From: Caldisericaceae bacterium
Lineage (GTDB): Bacteria > Caldisericota > Caldisericia > Caldisericales > Caldisericaceae
Direction: 5' to 3'
DNA length: 64,000 nucleotides
Assembly: GCA_049967855.1 (NCBI GenBank)
Contig: JBMFRX010000001.1
Location: 32,001-96,000 of the forward strand
Part shown: piece by piece, positions 1 through 12,076 of the stretch
How the letters are laid out: the number at the start of each line of letters is the position of its first letter
Numbering within the stretch: position 1 is the stretch's first letter
The notes under the pieces: generated by a model
Databases searched by the model: none
Told to the model about the DNA's origin: nothing
What the model saw: the letters and a program-made list of their open reading frames with translations, nothing else
Translations under genes and position numbers: made by a program

Positions 1-2707
<2,707 letters not shown>

Positions 2708-2741
2708 CCATGTGCAGTTTTGAAGGTACAAACCTTTGTTG

Positions 2742-2859
2742 CTCTGGTGGCCTTTCCGAAGGGGAAACACCCGTTCCCGTTCCGAACACGGAAGTTAAGC
2801 CCTTCAGGGCCGATGGTACTGCATGGTTCGCTGTGTGGGAGAGTAGGTCGCCGCCAGGG
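2742..2859 (+). rRNA. rrf: 5S rRNA
   Basis: CCCGTTCCGAACACGGAAGTTAAGC ... GAGAGTAGGTCGCCGCCAG. Terminal helix CTCTGGTGG/CCGCCAGGG is followed by a T-run. Confidence 0.97.
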
Positions 2860-3003
2860 CTTTTTTTATTTAGTAGAGGATTTCAATCAGAGCCACTTTA
2901 GAAATGAATTTGGACAAGGTTTTTATTTCTATGATGGTTGTGTTTAATCAAAATGCTTAGTCAGTTTACTCAATAAAAATCTAATCTGAGAACTTCAGCC
3001 TTC

Positions 3004-3031
3004 TTGACTATAAATTTATTATTCTTATACT
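3004..3031 (+). promoter_or_regulatory. sigma70-type promoter of ileS
   Basis: TTGACT-16 bp-TATACT; SD AAGGAG before the ATG at 3062. Confidence 0.75.
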
Positions 3032-3061
3032 GTTAAATATAGATTGATAAAGGAGTGAAAA

Positions 3062-6000
3062 ATGTTTGGAAAACTTGAAGATGTTGGAAAGATACCTTCC
3101 GAGGAAGAAAGGTTAATTGACTTCTGGAAGAAAAATGATATTTTCAGAAAAAGCCTTACAAATAGAAATGGACGAACTCACTTTGTATTTTTCGAAGGAC
3201 CGCCGACTGCCAACGGGAAACCAGGTGTTCACCATGGACTTTCGAGGATTTACAAAGATACTGTTCTGAGATACAAATCCCTTTCTGGATATTATGTCCC
3301 AAGACGCGGTGGCTGGGATACACAGGGGTTACCTGTTGAAATAGAAGTAGAAAAAATGCTCGATATACATACTAAAAGAGAAATTGAAGCATATGGCGTT
3401 GAGAAGTTCAATAAGCTGTGCAGAGAAAGCGTAATGAAGTACACCGAAGACTGGGAAAATATGACAGATCGAATTGGTTTCTGGCTTGATATGGAGAACG
3501 CCTACAAGACTTACGAGAATAAGTATCTCGAGAGCGTTTGGTGGCTATTGAAGCAAATATATGACAAAGGTTTGTTGTATGAGGGGCACAAGGTTGTGCC
3601 TTACTGTCCGCGTTGTGGGACTACCCTTTCTTCGCATGAGGTCTCTCTTGGATATAAAAAAGTCAAAGACCCTTCGGTTTATGTTTTCTTCCCAGTCAAA
3701 GACGATAGATTCCCAGATACCTCCCTTCTTGTTTGGACAACAACGCCATGGACTCTTCCATCAAACCTTGCTGCTGCAATAAACCCTGAATTTACTTATT
3801 TGCTTGTAGAGTATGAGGGTAGAAGGTTAATTTTAGCTGAGAATAGAGCGAGAGCTCTCTTTGGGGAAGATTTCATTGTAATCGATAAACTCAACCCAAA
3901 AGATATTGAAGGTTTGGAGTACGAGCCGCCTTTCGATTTTGGAACTTTGACCCCTGAAGAAAAAGAACAGTCTTTTAGGATTGTGTTTGGTGATTTCGTG
4001 ACCGCAGATGACGGAACTGGTATCGTTCATATTGCCCCAGCGTTTGGTGAAGATGATTTGAGAGTAGGCAAAACTTATAATCTCCCAATGCTTCAGCTTG
4101 TCGATCTTGAGGGTAATCTTACTGCAGGAAAGTGGAAAGGTATGTTTGTAAAGAAAGCAGACCCCCTGATTATTGAAGACCTTAAAGAGCGTGGATTGCT
4201 TTTCAAGAAAGAGCTTTATGAGCATGACTATCCATTTTGCTGGAGGTGTGGTACACCACTCTTGTACTACGCAAAAGGGTCCTGGTTTATTAGTATGAGT
4301 AAAGTGAGAGAGGCTCTTCTTAAAAATAACGAGCAAATCAACTGGTTCCCTGAGAATATAAAAAATGGTAGATTCGGCAATTGGCTCGAGAACATTAATG
4401 ATTGGGCTCTTTCAAGAGAGCGTTATTGGGGAACTCCTCTGAATATCTGGAAATGTCAAAAGTGTGGACACACTGAGTCGATTGGCAGCATCAAAGAATT
4501 GAGAGAAAAGGCAATCGAAGATGTTCCCGAAGACATAGAACTTCACAAGCCTTATGTTGATAAAATACACATTCGTTGCCCTGAATGTGGAGAGCCAATG
4601 GAAAGGGTTCCTGAAGTTATTGATGTGTGGTTTGATTCAGGCTCGATGCCATTTGCTCAGTGGCACTATCCATTTGAAAATACTAAGGAGTTTGAAGAAA
4701 ATTTTCCTGCTGATTTTATAACAGAAGCAATAGATCAAACGAGAGGCTGGTTTTATTCACTGCTTGCAATTTCTACTTTGGTCAAGGGTACATCTCCTTA
4801 CAAGACAGTGATGTGTCTTGAGCTTATATTAGATGAAAAAGGCCAAAAAATGAGCAAGTCAAAAGGAAACGTTATAGATCCTTGGACTATTCTTAACGCC
4901 CAGGGAGCCGATGCCTTCAGATGGGCTATTTATACTGCCTCTCCTCCTTGGAGTCCACGCAGGTTTGGCTCAACTGTAGTTCAAGATTCTCTAAAAGAAT
5001 TCATTATTCCTCTCAGGAATGTCTATTCATTTTTTGCGCTCTATGCAAATATTGATAAATTCGATCCAAAAGCTTCACCAAAAATCCCATATGAAAAGAG
5101 AAATATCCTTGATAGATGGGTACTCGCCAAGCTTGAACAAATAAACAAAGAAGTGATTGACCGATTTGACAAGTTTGAAATAACACCTATAACAAAGGAT
5201 ATAGAACACTTTGTGGAAGAACTCTCTAATTGGTATGTCAGACGTTCAAGAAGGAGATTCTGGAAATCGGAAAATGATGAAGATAAATTGGGTGCTTATC
5301 AAACTCTTTACGAAGTACTTTCAAAGCTATCTCTGATTCTTGCTCCGTTCACGCCTTTTCTTGCAGAAACCTTGTATCAGAAACTTGTAGGAGAAGTCTC
5401 CCCTGATGCTAAAGAGAGCGTTCACCTTACCGATTATCCTGTCCCGCGACTTGAGCTGATTGATGAGAAACTCATTGATGACACGGAGCTTGTAATTGGA
5501 GTTACTTCTGTTGGAAGGAGTCTGCGGAAAGAATCGAAAATCAAAGTGCGTCAGCCTCTTTCAAAAATCATACTCTCTGTGAAGAACAAAGAAGAAGAGG
5601 AGATTATAAAAGCACAGGAGTCTGTTATCCTTGAGGAGCTAAACATAAAGAATATCGAGTTTACTGATAACGTTGAATCTTTTGTGGAAATAAGTTTGAA
5701 ACCGAACCTGCCACTGCTTGGAGCTAAATATGGCAATAAGCTTCCATCGATAGTCAATAAGCTCAGCGAAAGTGAAATCAAGAAGGAGCTTCTTTCAAGT
5801 GGGAGAGTGAATATCGACAACGACATCTCAGTTAGCCTTAACGAAGTAATAATAGAAGTCTTGGGAAAGGACAATTTTATTGGGGCTTTTGATAATGGAA
5901 GGTTTATAGTAATTGATAAAACTTTAAATGACGACCTTCTTGCCGAAGGAATAGCAAGAGAAATCGTTCACGCTGTCCAGAATATGAGAAAAGAGGCAAA

Positions 6001-6187
6001 GCTTGAAATTTCTGACAGGATTATACTCTCTATTTCCCCTTTGAACGCTGCAGTCGAAAAGTACAGGGACTATATTATGGTGGAAACCCTCTCTTCGGCC
6101 ATATCGAGTTTTGATGATCCTATTTCTGAACAAGAAGTTAGAATTGATGAAAGGAATGTCTTTGCACTCAAGATTAAAAAGGCTTAG
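3062..6187 (+). CDS. ileS: Isoleucyl-tRNA synthetase, type 2 (IleRS2)
   Basis: EGPPTANG, GWDTQGLPVE, WTTTPWTLPSN, SRERYWGTP, DQTRGWF, KMSKS; long type-2 C-terminus; the HIGH motif reads GVHH. Confidence 0.97.
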   Translation: MFGKLEDVGKIPSEEERLIDFWKKNDIFRKSLTNRNGRTHFVFFEGPPTANGKPGVHHGLSRIYKDTVLRYKSLSGYYVPRRGGWDTQGLPVEIEVEKMLDIHTKREIEAYGVEKFNKLCRESVMKYTEDWENMTDRIGFWLDMENAYKTYENKYLESVWWLLKQIYDKGLLYEGHKVVPYCPRCGTTLSSHEVSLGYKKVKDPSVYVFFPVKDDRFPDTSLLVWTTTPWTLPSNLAAAINPEFTYLLVEYEGRRLILAENRARALFGEDFIVIDKLNPKDIEGLEYEPPFDFGTLTPEEKEQSFRIVFGDFVTADDGTGIVHIAPAFGEDDLRVGKTYNLPMLQLVDLEGNLTAGKWKGMFVKKADPLIIEDLKERGLLFKKELYEHDYPFCWRCGTPLLYYAKGSWFISMSKVREALLKNNEQINWFPENIKNGRFGNWLENINDWALSRERYWGTPLNIWKCQKCGHTESIGSIKELREKAIEDVPEDIELHKPYVDKIHIRCPECGEPMERVPEVIDVWFDSGSMPFAQWHYPFENTKEFEENFPADFITEAIDQTRGWFYSLLAISTLVKGTSPYKTVMCLELILDEKGQKMSKSKGNVIDPWTILNAQGADAFRWAIYTASPPWSPRRFGSTVVQDSLKEFIIPLRNVYSFFALYANIDKFDPKASPKIPYEKRNILDRWVLAKLEQINKEVIDRFDKFEITPITKDIEHFVEELSNWYVRRSRRRFWKSENDEDKLGAYQTLYEVLSKLSLILAPFTPFLAETLYQKLVGEVSPDAKESVHLTDYPVPRLELIDEKLIDDTELVIGVTSVGRSLRKESKIKVRQPLSKIILSVKNKEEEEIIKAQESVILEELNIKNIEFTDNVESFVEISLKPNLPLLGAKYGNKLPSIVNKLSESEIKKELLSSGRVNIDNDISVSLNEVIIEVLGKDNFIGAFDNGRFIVIDKTLNDDLLAEGIAREIVHAVQNMRKEAKLEISDRIILSISPLNAAVEKYRDYIMVETLSSAISSFDDPISEQEVRIDERNVFALKIKKA

Positions 6188-7527
6188 ATGAAAACAAAAG
6201 TTTCTCCTGTTCAGTTTGTTGTCTTAAGCTTTCTTCTCGTTATTTTTACAGGGACAATACTTCTTATGTTGCCTATTGCAAGCAAGAGTGGAACGTTCAC
6301 TGATTTAATTACAGCTCTTTTTACTTCTACCTCTGCTACTTGTGTTACAGGTCTTGTTGTGGTGGACACTTTCGAGCACTGGTCTTTCTTCGGCCAATTT
6401 GTAATTTTGCTTCTCATACAAATTGGTGGGTTGAGCTATATGACTATAGCTACATTCTTCCTGATTTTTTCTGGGAGGAGAGTAACTCTCAAGGACCGTT
6501 TCATACTGAAAGAAGGACTTAACGCTTACAAACTTTCGGGTATTGTTTCATTTGCAAAATCCATTTTCTTTGTTGTAGCAACTTTCGAAGGTCTTGGAGC
6601 TTTTGCTTTGACTTTGAGATTCCTGAGGCAAACAGATTTTATTGACGCACTATGGAAGGGGATATTTCACTCTGTTTCTGCTTTTTGCAATGCAGGTTTG
6701 ATCTTATGGGTGGTTTTCAGAGCTTTACTCCGTACGTAAATGACCTTACTGTTATGCTTCTCATTGTAATTGGTGGTATCGGCTTTTTCGTAATGTATGA
6801 GCTGATTAACAAATTCATTGCCTATTTCAAAAATGACGAAACCAAGAAGCTGTCACTCCATACAAAAATAGTATTAAGAGTAACAGCGATTCTAATTATT
6901 GTTGGTGCTATCCTTATCCTTGTCTTTGAGTGGACTAACCCGAAAAGTATAGGTAGCCTACCGTTGAGAGGTAAAATACTTTCAGCCTTTTTCCAATCTG
7001 TAACGCCTCGTACTGCTGGATTTAATACACTAAATATAGCAGATTTGAGACAGACAACTCTTGTTGAGCTGATATTTTTGATGTTTGTTGGCGGTTCTCC
7101 AGGAGGCACCGCTGGCGGAGTCAAAACTACTACTTTCGTAGTCTTTTTGTTTCTTATATTCAGTGCCTACTCTGAAAGAACTCCTGTCGTGATTTCAGGA
7201 CGCACAATAAGGCTTGAAATACTTAGAAAGGCTGTTTTTATAATAAGTATTGCTTTTACAATTATTTTTGTCTCAACTATTCTTATCCTGGTTGCCCAGG
7301 GAAGTCAATTTTCCTTCTTGCAGGTTTTGTTTGAAGTAACTTCAGCATTCGGAACAGTTGGGCTAACCACTGGAATTACACCTAATCTATCTGATTTTTC
7401 AAGAATAGTTATAGTTACTACGATGTTTTTAGGAAGAGTTGGGCCTTTGAGTTTTGTTTTGAGTCTTGCCTCAAAAAAGAAAAAAGTACGACCCGAATAT
7501 CCTGAGGAAGATTTAGCGATAGGCTAA
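6188..7527 (+). pseudogene. ktrB: Ktr/Trk K+ uptake membrane subunit, frameshifted near 6697-6699
   Basis: The two ORFs carry successive pore motifs: SATCVTGL and SAFCNAG in 6188-6739, RTAGF and SAFGTVGL in 6652-7527. Adding one T to GGT TTG ATC restores FCNAGFDLMGG. Confidence 0.85.
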
Positions 7528-7536
7528 GGAGGAATT

Positions 7537-8193
7537 ATGAAAAAGCAATTTGGAGTGATTGGACTTGGTAGATTTGGCACTACCGTTGCCATTAATCTTG
7601 AACGGCTTGGTTATCCAGTGCTTGCAATTGACAGGGACAGAGACTTGATAGATTCAATAAAGGAATCTGTTAGCTTTGCCGATATAGTTGATGCCACAGA
7701 CCCAGAATCTCTTGAAGCGTGCGGCATTAAAAATTGTGATACGGTCATAGTTGCAATTGGTGATGTTGAGTCGAGCATTCTTGTTTCACTTTTGCTTGAA
7801 GAGTTCGGAATAAAGAATATTATTGCTAAAGCTGGCAGTGCAATACATGGCAGAGTTCTCCGTAAAATCGGAGTTAAAGAAGTAATTTTCCCTGAGGAGG
7901 ATATGGGTATCCGTGTTGCTAACAAGATAACGTCCGCAAACATTCTCGATTATATTGCAATTTCACCTGAGGTTGACCTGCTTGACTATAAAGCTACTAA
8001 GAAGCTTGCTGACAAGAGCCTGCGGGAACTTGCTTTGAGAAATCGTTTTGGCATAAACATCATAGCAATAAAGCGTGACGAAGACGTTATTGTATCTCCT
8101 TCAGCAGACGAGGTAATTAAGGAAAATGACGAACTTTTCATTATTGGCAGGACACCTGACCTGTTTGATTTTAAGAAGGAGTTTGAGGGATGA
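7537..8193 (+). CDS. ktrA: KtrA/TrkA-family RCK regulatory subunit
   Basis: VIGLGRFG Rossmann motif, PEEDMG, C-terminal RCK_C; SD AGGAGG. Confidence 0.92.
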   Translation: MKKQFGVIGLGRFGTTVAINLERLGYPVLAIDRDRDLIDSIKESVSFADIVDATDPESLEACGIKNCDTVIVAIGDVESSILVSLLLEEFGIKNIIAKAGSAIHGRVLRKIGVKEVIFPEEDMGIRVANKITSANILDYIAISPEVDLLDYKATKKLADKSLRELALRNRFGINIIAIKRDEDVIVSPSADEVIKENDELFIIGRTPDLFDFKKEFEG

Positions 8194-8933
8194 CAAATTC
8201 AAAGGAAATCAAAATCAAAGCCATTATTTTTGACCTTTGGGAAACCCTTGTTGAGGACAAGGGCAACGAAGAAGTTGAAAGAGATGTGAGAAGGGCTGAA
8301 TTTATAATGGAAACTCTTAAATTACCTCAAAATATGAAGCCAAAATTACTCGATTTCTTTGGCATTTTAAGTGATGCTTTCAGGAATCCTTCAAGTGAAA
8401 ATGAGTGGTCTATTGTACCAGAAACTCAGATCGATTACCTTATCAGAATGCTCAAACTTCATATTAGCAAAGAGGAATTTGACACAATATATGATTTCTA
8501 TACTGAAAGCTTGCTCGATAAACCACCAACTTTTACTGAAGAATGCGTACCTCTCGTCTTAGAATCATTGAGTGGCAAATATAAATTGGCAATCATATCT
8601 AATACTGGCAGAAGCCCTGGAAAGACACTTATTGAAATGCTTGAGGAAATGAAGATCAGGAATTACTTTCAGGTTTTATCATTTTCTGATGAGCTTTTGA
8701 TGCGTAAACCTGACCCGAGAATCTTTGAAATCACGGTTTCCAAATTGGGAGTATTACCAAATGAGGCCGTGCACGTGGGTGATTCTTACAAGATGGACTT
8801 CTTAGGTGCACAATCTGCCAATGTGAATCCTTTACTTTATGCGAAGGGTGTAGATACTCCCAAGGCGACTCCTTTTATTAAATCGCACTTAGAGCTGGCA
8901 CAGGCCATCAGAGACAATTATGATACAGATTGA
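8190..8933 (+). CDS. HAD-family hydrolase
   Basis: IIFDLWETL, IISNT, KPDPRIF, HVGDS motifs. Confidence 0.88.
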   Translation: MTNSKEIKIKAIIFDLWETLVEDKGNEEVERDVRRAEFIMETLKLPQNMKPKLLDFFGILSDAFRNPSSENEWSIVPETQIDYLIRMLKLHISKEEFDTIYDFYTESLLDKPPTFTEECVPLVLESLSGKYKLAIISNTGRSPGKTLIEMLEEMKIRNYFQVLSFSDELLMRKPDPRIFEITVSKLGVLPNEAVHVGDSYKMDFLGAQSANVNPLLYAKGVDTPKATPFIKSHLELAQAIRDNYDTD

Positions 8934-10401
8934 TGGGGAAAGTCTAACGACATTTGAAGTAGAGGAAGTTGCACGTTACAGGGAAAAAGTGCATCTTGAC
9001 AATCTTGCTTATGAGAAAATTGACAAAGCTTCAGCTTTCATAGATTCTATTTTGCAGAGTGGAAAAATTGTTTACGGAGTAAATACAGGATTTGGAAAGC
9101 TTTCAGAGACCATTATATCTGCCTCTCAAATTGGGGATCTTCAGGAGAATCTTATCAAGAGTCACTCTTCAGGCACGGGTAAACCGTTGAGTGAACAAGA
9201 AGTCAGAGCAGCAATTATTGTAAGAGCTAATACGCTTGCTAAAGGAAATTCTGGAGTCAGGCGAATAACAATAGAGAAGTTGATAGAGCTTTTAAACAAA
9301 GATATTTATCCGTATGTTCCTTCAATGGGTTCTTTGGGTGCTTCAGGCGACCTTGCGCCTCTTGCCCATATTGCGTTGCTCCTTATTGGAAGGGGGCGCC
9401 TTATACTTGATGGAGAATTAGTTGACTTCGATAAAGCTCTCCTTGAGAAAGATTTTCAGCCACTTGACAGATTGGCTGCGAAGGAAGGATTGGCACTCAT
9501 AAACGGAACTTCTTGCGAAACAGGAATATCTGCGCTCATAATAAGAGAATCTAAGTATATTTTTGAGGTTTCTTTGAAGGCAGCTGCCCTTTCTATGGAG
9601 GCACTAAAAAGCAAAAGCGATGCCTTTGATGAGAGGATTCATAAAGTAAGGGGAATTGCTGAACAGGGAGAGGTAGCAGCCAGGATTTTGAAGGAGATTC
9701 AGGGAAGTGCTCTAATTGATTCGAAGTCACGTGTGCAGGATGCTTACACGATAAGGTGCATCCCTCAGGTATATGGGGCAATTCTCAAATCAATGCGGTT
9801 TGTTGAAGAAACTATTGCACAAGAGCTAAATGCGGCTACAGATAATCCGCTTGTTTTTGCAGATGATGGTGATGTTATCTCAGGCGGCAATTTCCATGCA
9901 GAGCCAATCGCGTTTGCAATGGACCAACTTTCTATAGTTCTATCTGAAATAGGCAGTATTACAGAAAGAAGAGTCAACAGGCTTCTTAACCCAGTTTTGA
10001 GTGAACTGCCTCCATTTTTATCAACAGAATCAGGTGTTAACTCTGGATTAATGATACTTCAATACACTGCAGCATCACTTGTTTCTATGAATAAAATACT
10101 TTCTCATCCTGCCAGTGTTGATTCTATTCCTGTTTCTGCTGATCAGGAAGACCATGTAAGCATGGGAATGAATTCTGTACTTAAGGCACGAGAAGTGCTT
10201 GATAATATTAAGCGGATAGTTGCAGTTGAGCTAATTGCAGCTGCACAGGCCGTAGATATCGTAGGAATCGATAAGTTAGGAAAGGGAACGAGAGAAATTT
10301 ATGAGAAAGTGCGTGCCAATGTCTCTTTTGCACCGAAGGACAGGGAATTTGCTTATGACCTTGAAAAAATTTACAAAGCTCTTGAAGGAAGAGATATTTG
10401 A
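8920..10401 (+). CDS. hutH: Histidine ammonia-lyase
   Basis: YGVNTGFG, MIO-forming GASGDLAPL, KEGLALING, QDAYTIRC, GGNFH, QEDHVSMG. Confidence 0.93.
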   Translation: MIQIDGESLTTFEVEEVARYREKVHLDNLAYEKIDKASAFIDSILQSGKIVYGVNTGFGKLSETIISASQIGDLQENLIKSHSSGTGKPLSEQEVRAAIIVRANTLAKGNSGVRRITIEKLIELLNKDIYPYVPSMGSLGASGDLAPLAHIALLLIGRGRLILDGELVDFDKALLEKDFQPLDRLAAKEGLALINGTSCETGISALIIRESKYIFEVSLKAAALSMEALKSKSDAFDERIHKVRGIAEQGEVAARILKEIQGSALIDSKSRVQDAYTIRCIPQVYGAILKSMRFVEETIAQELNAATDNPLVFADDGDVISGGNFHAEPIAFAMDQLSIVLSEIGSITERRVNRLLNPVLSELPPFLSTESGVNSGLMILQYTAASLVSMNKILSHPASVDSIPVSADQEDHVSMGMNSVLKAREVLDNIKRIVAVELIAAAQAVDIVGIDKLGKGTREIYEKVRANVSFAPKDREFAYDLEKIYKALEGRDI

Positions 10402-10419
10402 AATGGAATTTTTGATTTG

Positions 10420-10495
10420 AAACAACAAAAGCCTGCGAAAAGGAGGAGCAAAACGCAGGCTTTTGTTTAAAAATTAATCAGTCTTTTCAACTGCA
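10420..10495 (-). ncRNA. Candidate ~75-nt sRNA with a CUCCUCCU (anti-SD) terminator loop
   Basis: Minus-strand extended -10 TGGTATAAT at 10501-10509, small hairpin CAGT-TGAAAAG-ACTG, then the terminator with loop TTTTGCTCCTCCTTTT; no ORF. Confidence 0.45.
10424..10467. terminator. Bidirectional intrinsic terminator hairpin after hutH
   Basis: AACAAAAGCCTGCG-16 nt loop-CGCAGGCTTTTGTT, a perfect 14-bp inverted repeat. Confidence 0.8.
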
Positions 10496-10500
10496 TATAT

Positions 10501-10541
10501 ATTATACCAGAAATGTGAATAAAATGTGAATAATATGTTAA
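10501..10541 (-). promoter_or_regulatory. Extended -10 promoter preceded by three TT(A/C)ACA boxes at 11-bp period
   Basis: Minus strand reads TTAACA-tatta-TTCACA-tttta-TTCACA-tttc-TGGTATAAT. Confidence 0.6.
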
Positions 10542-10732
10542 ATCTCTTTTCTTGTTAAATAATGTCATAAATGCAAATTAAAATGAGGATGCTACTTACA
10601 TTTTGCTCATTATGATAGTTACTTAAAATAATAAATAATTTTAATCTCTTGCTCCTTATGGGATAAAGAACACTGAATTGGTGCTCATTAAATGGACTTC
10701 AATTTTTTGCCTAAGAAAACCTTGTTTTGCTA

Positions 10733-10792
10733 TTGACTATCTCTTGCGAAATTATATAATTTAATCAGAATTTGTTATTTAATATAACAAAT
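10733..10792 (+). promoter_or_regulatory. Promoter and palindromic operator of the sugar ABC operon
   Basis: TTGACT-16 bp-TATAAT (10733-10760); ATTTGTTAT-ttaat-ATAACAAAT (10770-10792). Confidence 0.7.
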
Positions 10793-10814
10793 AAAAGAGA
10801 ACAAGGAGGTTGGT

Positions 10815-12023
10815 ATGAAGAAAGTATTACTAAGTCTAGTAGTGTTAGTAATGGCGCTAAGCGCTTTTGCTGGATGTAAACAGCAAGCTCAGCCTGTGAC
10901 AATTACAATCTGGCACTCTTGGAGTGGCTCGGAGCTGGATGTGCTCAATGATGCAATTGCAAAGTACACAAAGGACCATCCTGAAGTTACAATCAATCAA
11001 TTGCAGGTTCCTTTTGATCAGCTTCAGAACAAGTATCAAACAGAAGCTGCTGGTGGCGGTGGCCCAGATATCCTTGCGGGTCCAGCCGATTGGATTGGCG
11101 CTTTCACAAAAGCGAATCTCATTGCACCAATTGATAGCTATGTCGATGCAAGTTTCCTTTCTCATTATGTAACCGGAGCAGTAGATCAGGTAAAGATTGA
11201 TGGCAAGATGATGGCTATGCCTGAGTCAACAGAATGCGTTGCGTTGGTTTACAACAAAACCTTAGTAAGCAGCGTGCCAGCAGACACTAATCAAATGTTG
11301 ACTTTAGCTGATTCGTTGCAAAAAGGAGATACATACGGACTAGTTTATAATACTGGTTTCTATTTTACTGCTGGTTACTTCTTTGCTGGGGGTATGCAGC
11401 TTTTCGATGCAAGTTATAACCCCATTGTGAATCAGGGAGATGGAGGGGTAAAGGCTCTGACATTCCTGAAGAATCTGACTCTTGATAAGAAGATAATTGC
11501 TGCCAATGACTACGGAAAAGCTGATTCACTTTTTAAAGAAGGGAAAGCAGCTATGATAATTAATGGACCATGGGCTGTTGGCGATTACGTTAAGGCACTT
11601 GGTGCAGATAAGGTCGGAGTTGCTCCAATGCCAGTTTTTGCAGATACAGGGAAACCTTTTGCACCTTTTGTGAACACCAAAGACTTTATGCTTAACGCAA
11701 ATTCAAGTGATGCGCAAAAGAAAGCCGCGATGGATTTTGTAAAATTCATGGTTGGTAAGGATATTGAGCAAGAATTCTTCTCAAAAGCAGCTCATATTCC
11801 TTCCAATGTTGATGTTGATACTTCGACAGACCCTATTACTAACGGCTTTATAACACAGATGAAAACAGGTGTTGCAATGCCAATTGTTTCTCAAATGGGC
11901 TCTGTTTGGGATCCGATGCAAACTGCCATTGATTCTGTAATGACAGGAAAAGCAACCCCACAGGATGCAATCAACGCTGCACAAAAAGCTATAACGGACA
12001 AGATAACACAAGCAGGAAGTTAA
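10815..12023 (+). CDS. Maltose/maltodextrin ABC substrate-binding lipoprotein (MalE-like)
   Basis: Lipobox AFAGC, GGGPDI, AMIINGPW, MPIVSQMGSVW. Confidence 0.88.
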   Translation: MKKVLLSLVVLVMALSAFAGCKQQAQPVTITIWHSWSGSELDVLNDAIAKYTKDHPEVTINQLQVPFDQLQNKYQTEAAGGGGPDILAGPADWIGAFTKANLIAPIDSYVDASFLSHYVTGAVDQVKIDGKMMAMPESTECVALVYNKTLVSSVPADTNQMLTLADSLQKGDTYGLVYNTGFYFTAGYFFAGGMQLFDASYNPIVNQGDGGVKALTFLKNLTLDKKIIAANDYGKADSLFKEGKAAMIINGPWAVGDYVKALGADKVGVAPMPVFADTGKPFAPFVNTKDFMLNANSSDAQKKAAMDFVKFMVGKDIEQEFFSKAAHIPSNVDVDTSTDPITNGFITQMKTGVAMPIVSQMGSVWDPMQTAIDSVMTGKATPQDAINAAQKAITDKITQAGS

Positions 12024-12035
12024 ATAGAAAATTTT

Positions 12036-12064
12036 ATGGGGGCTCAACCGCCCCCATTTTTTTT
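12036..12064 (+). terminator. Intra-operon terminator-like hairpin after the binding-protein gene
   Basis: ATGGGGGC-tcaacc-GCCCCCAT followed by a T-run. Confidence 0.7.
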
Positions 12065-12076
12065 GAACGGGGGTTT

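Noticed and set aside
2860..3061. T-box leader for ileS
   Set aside because: The promoter is only ~30 nt from the start codon and no T-box consensus is visible.
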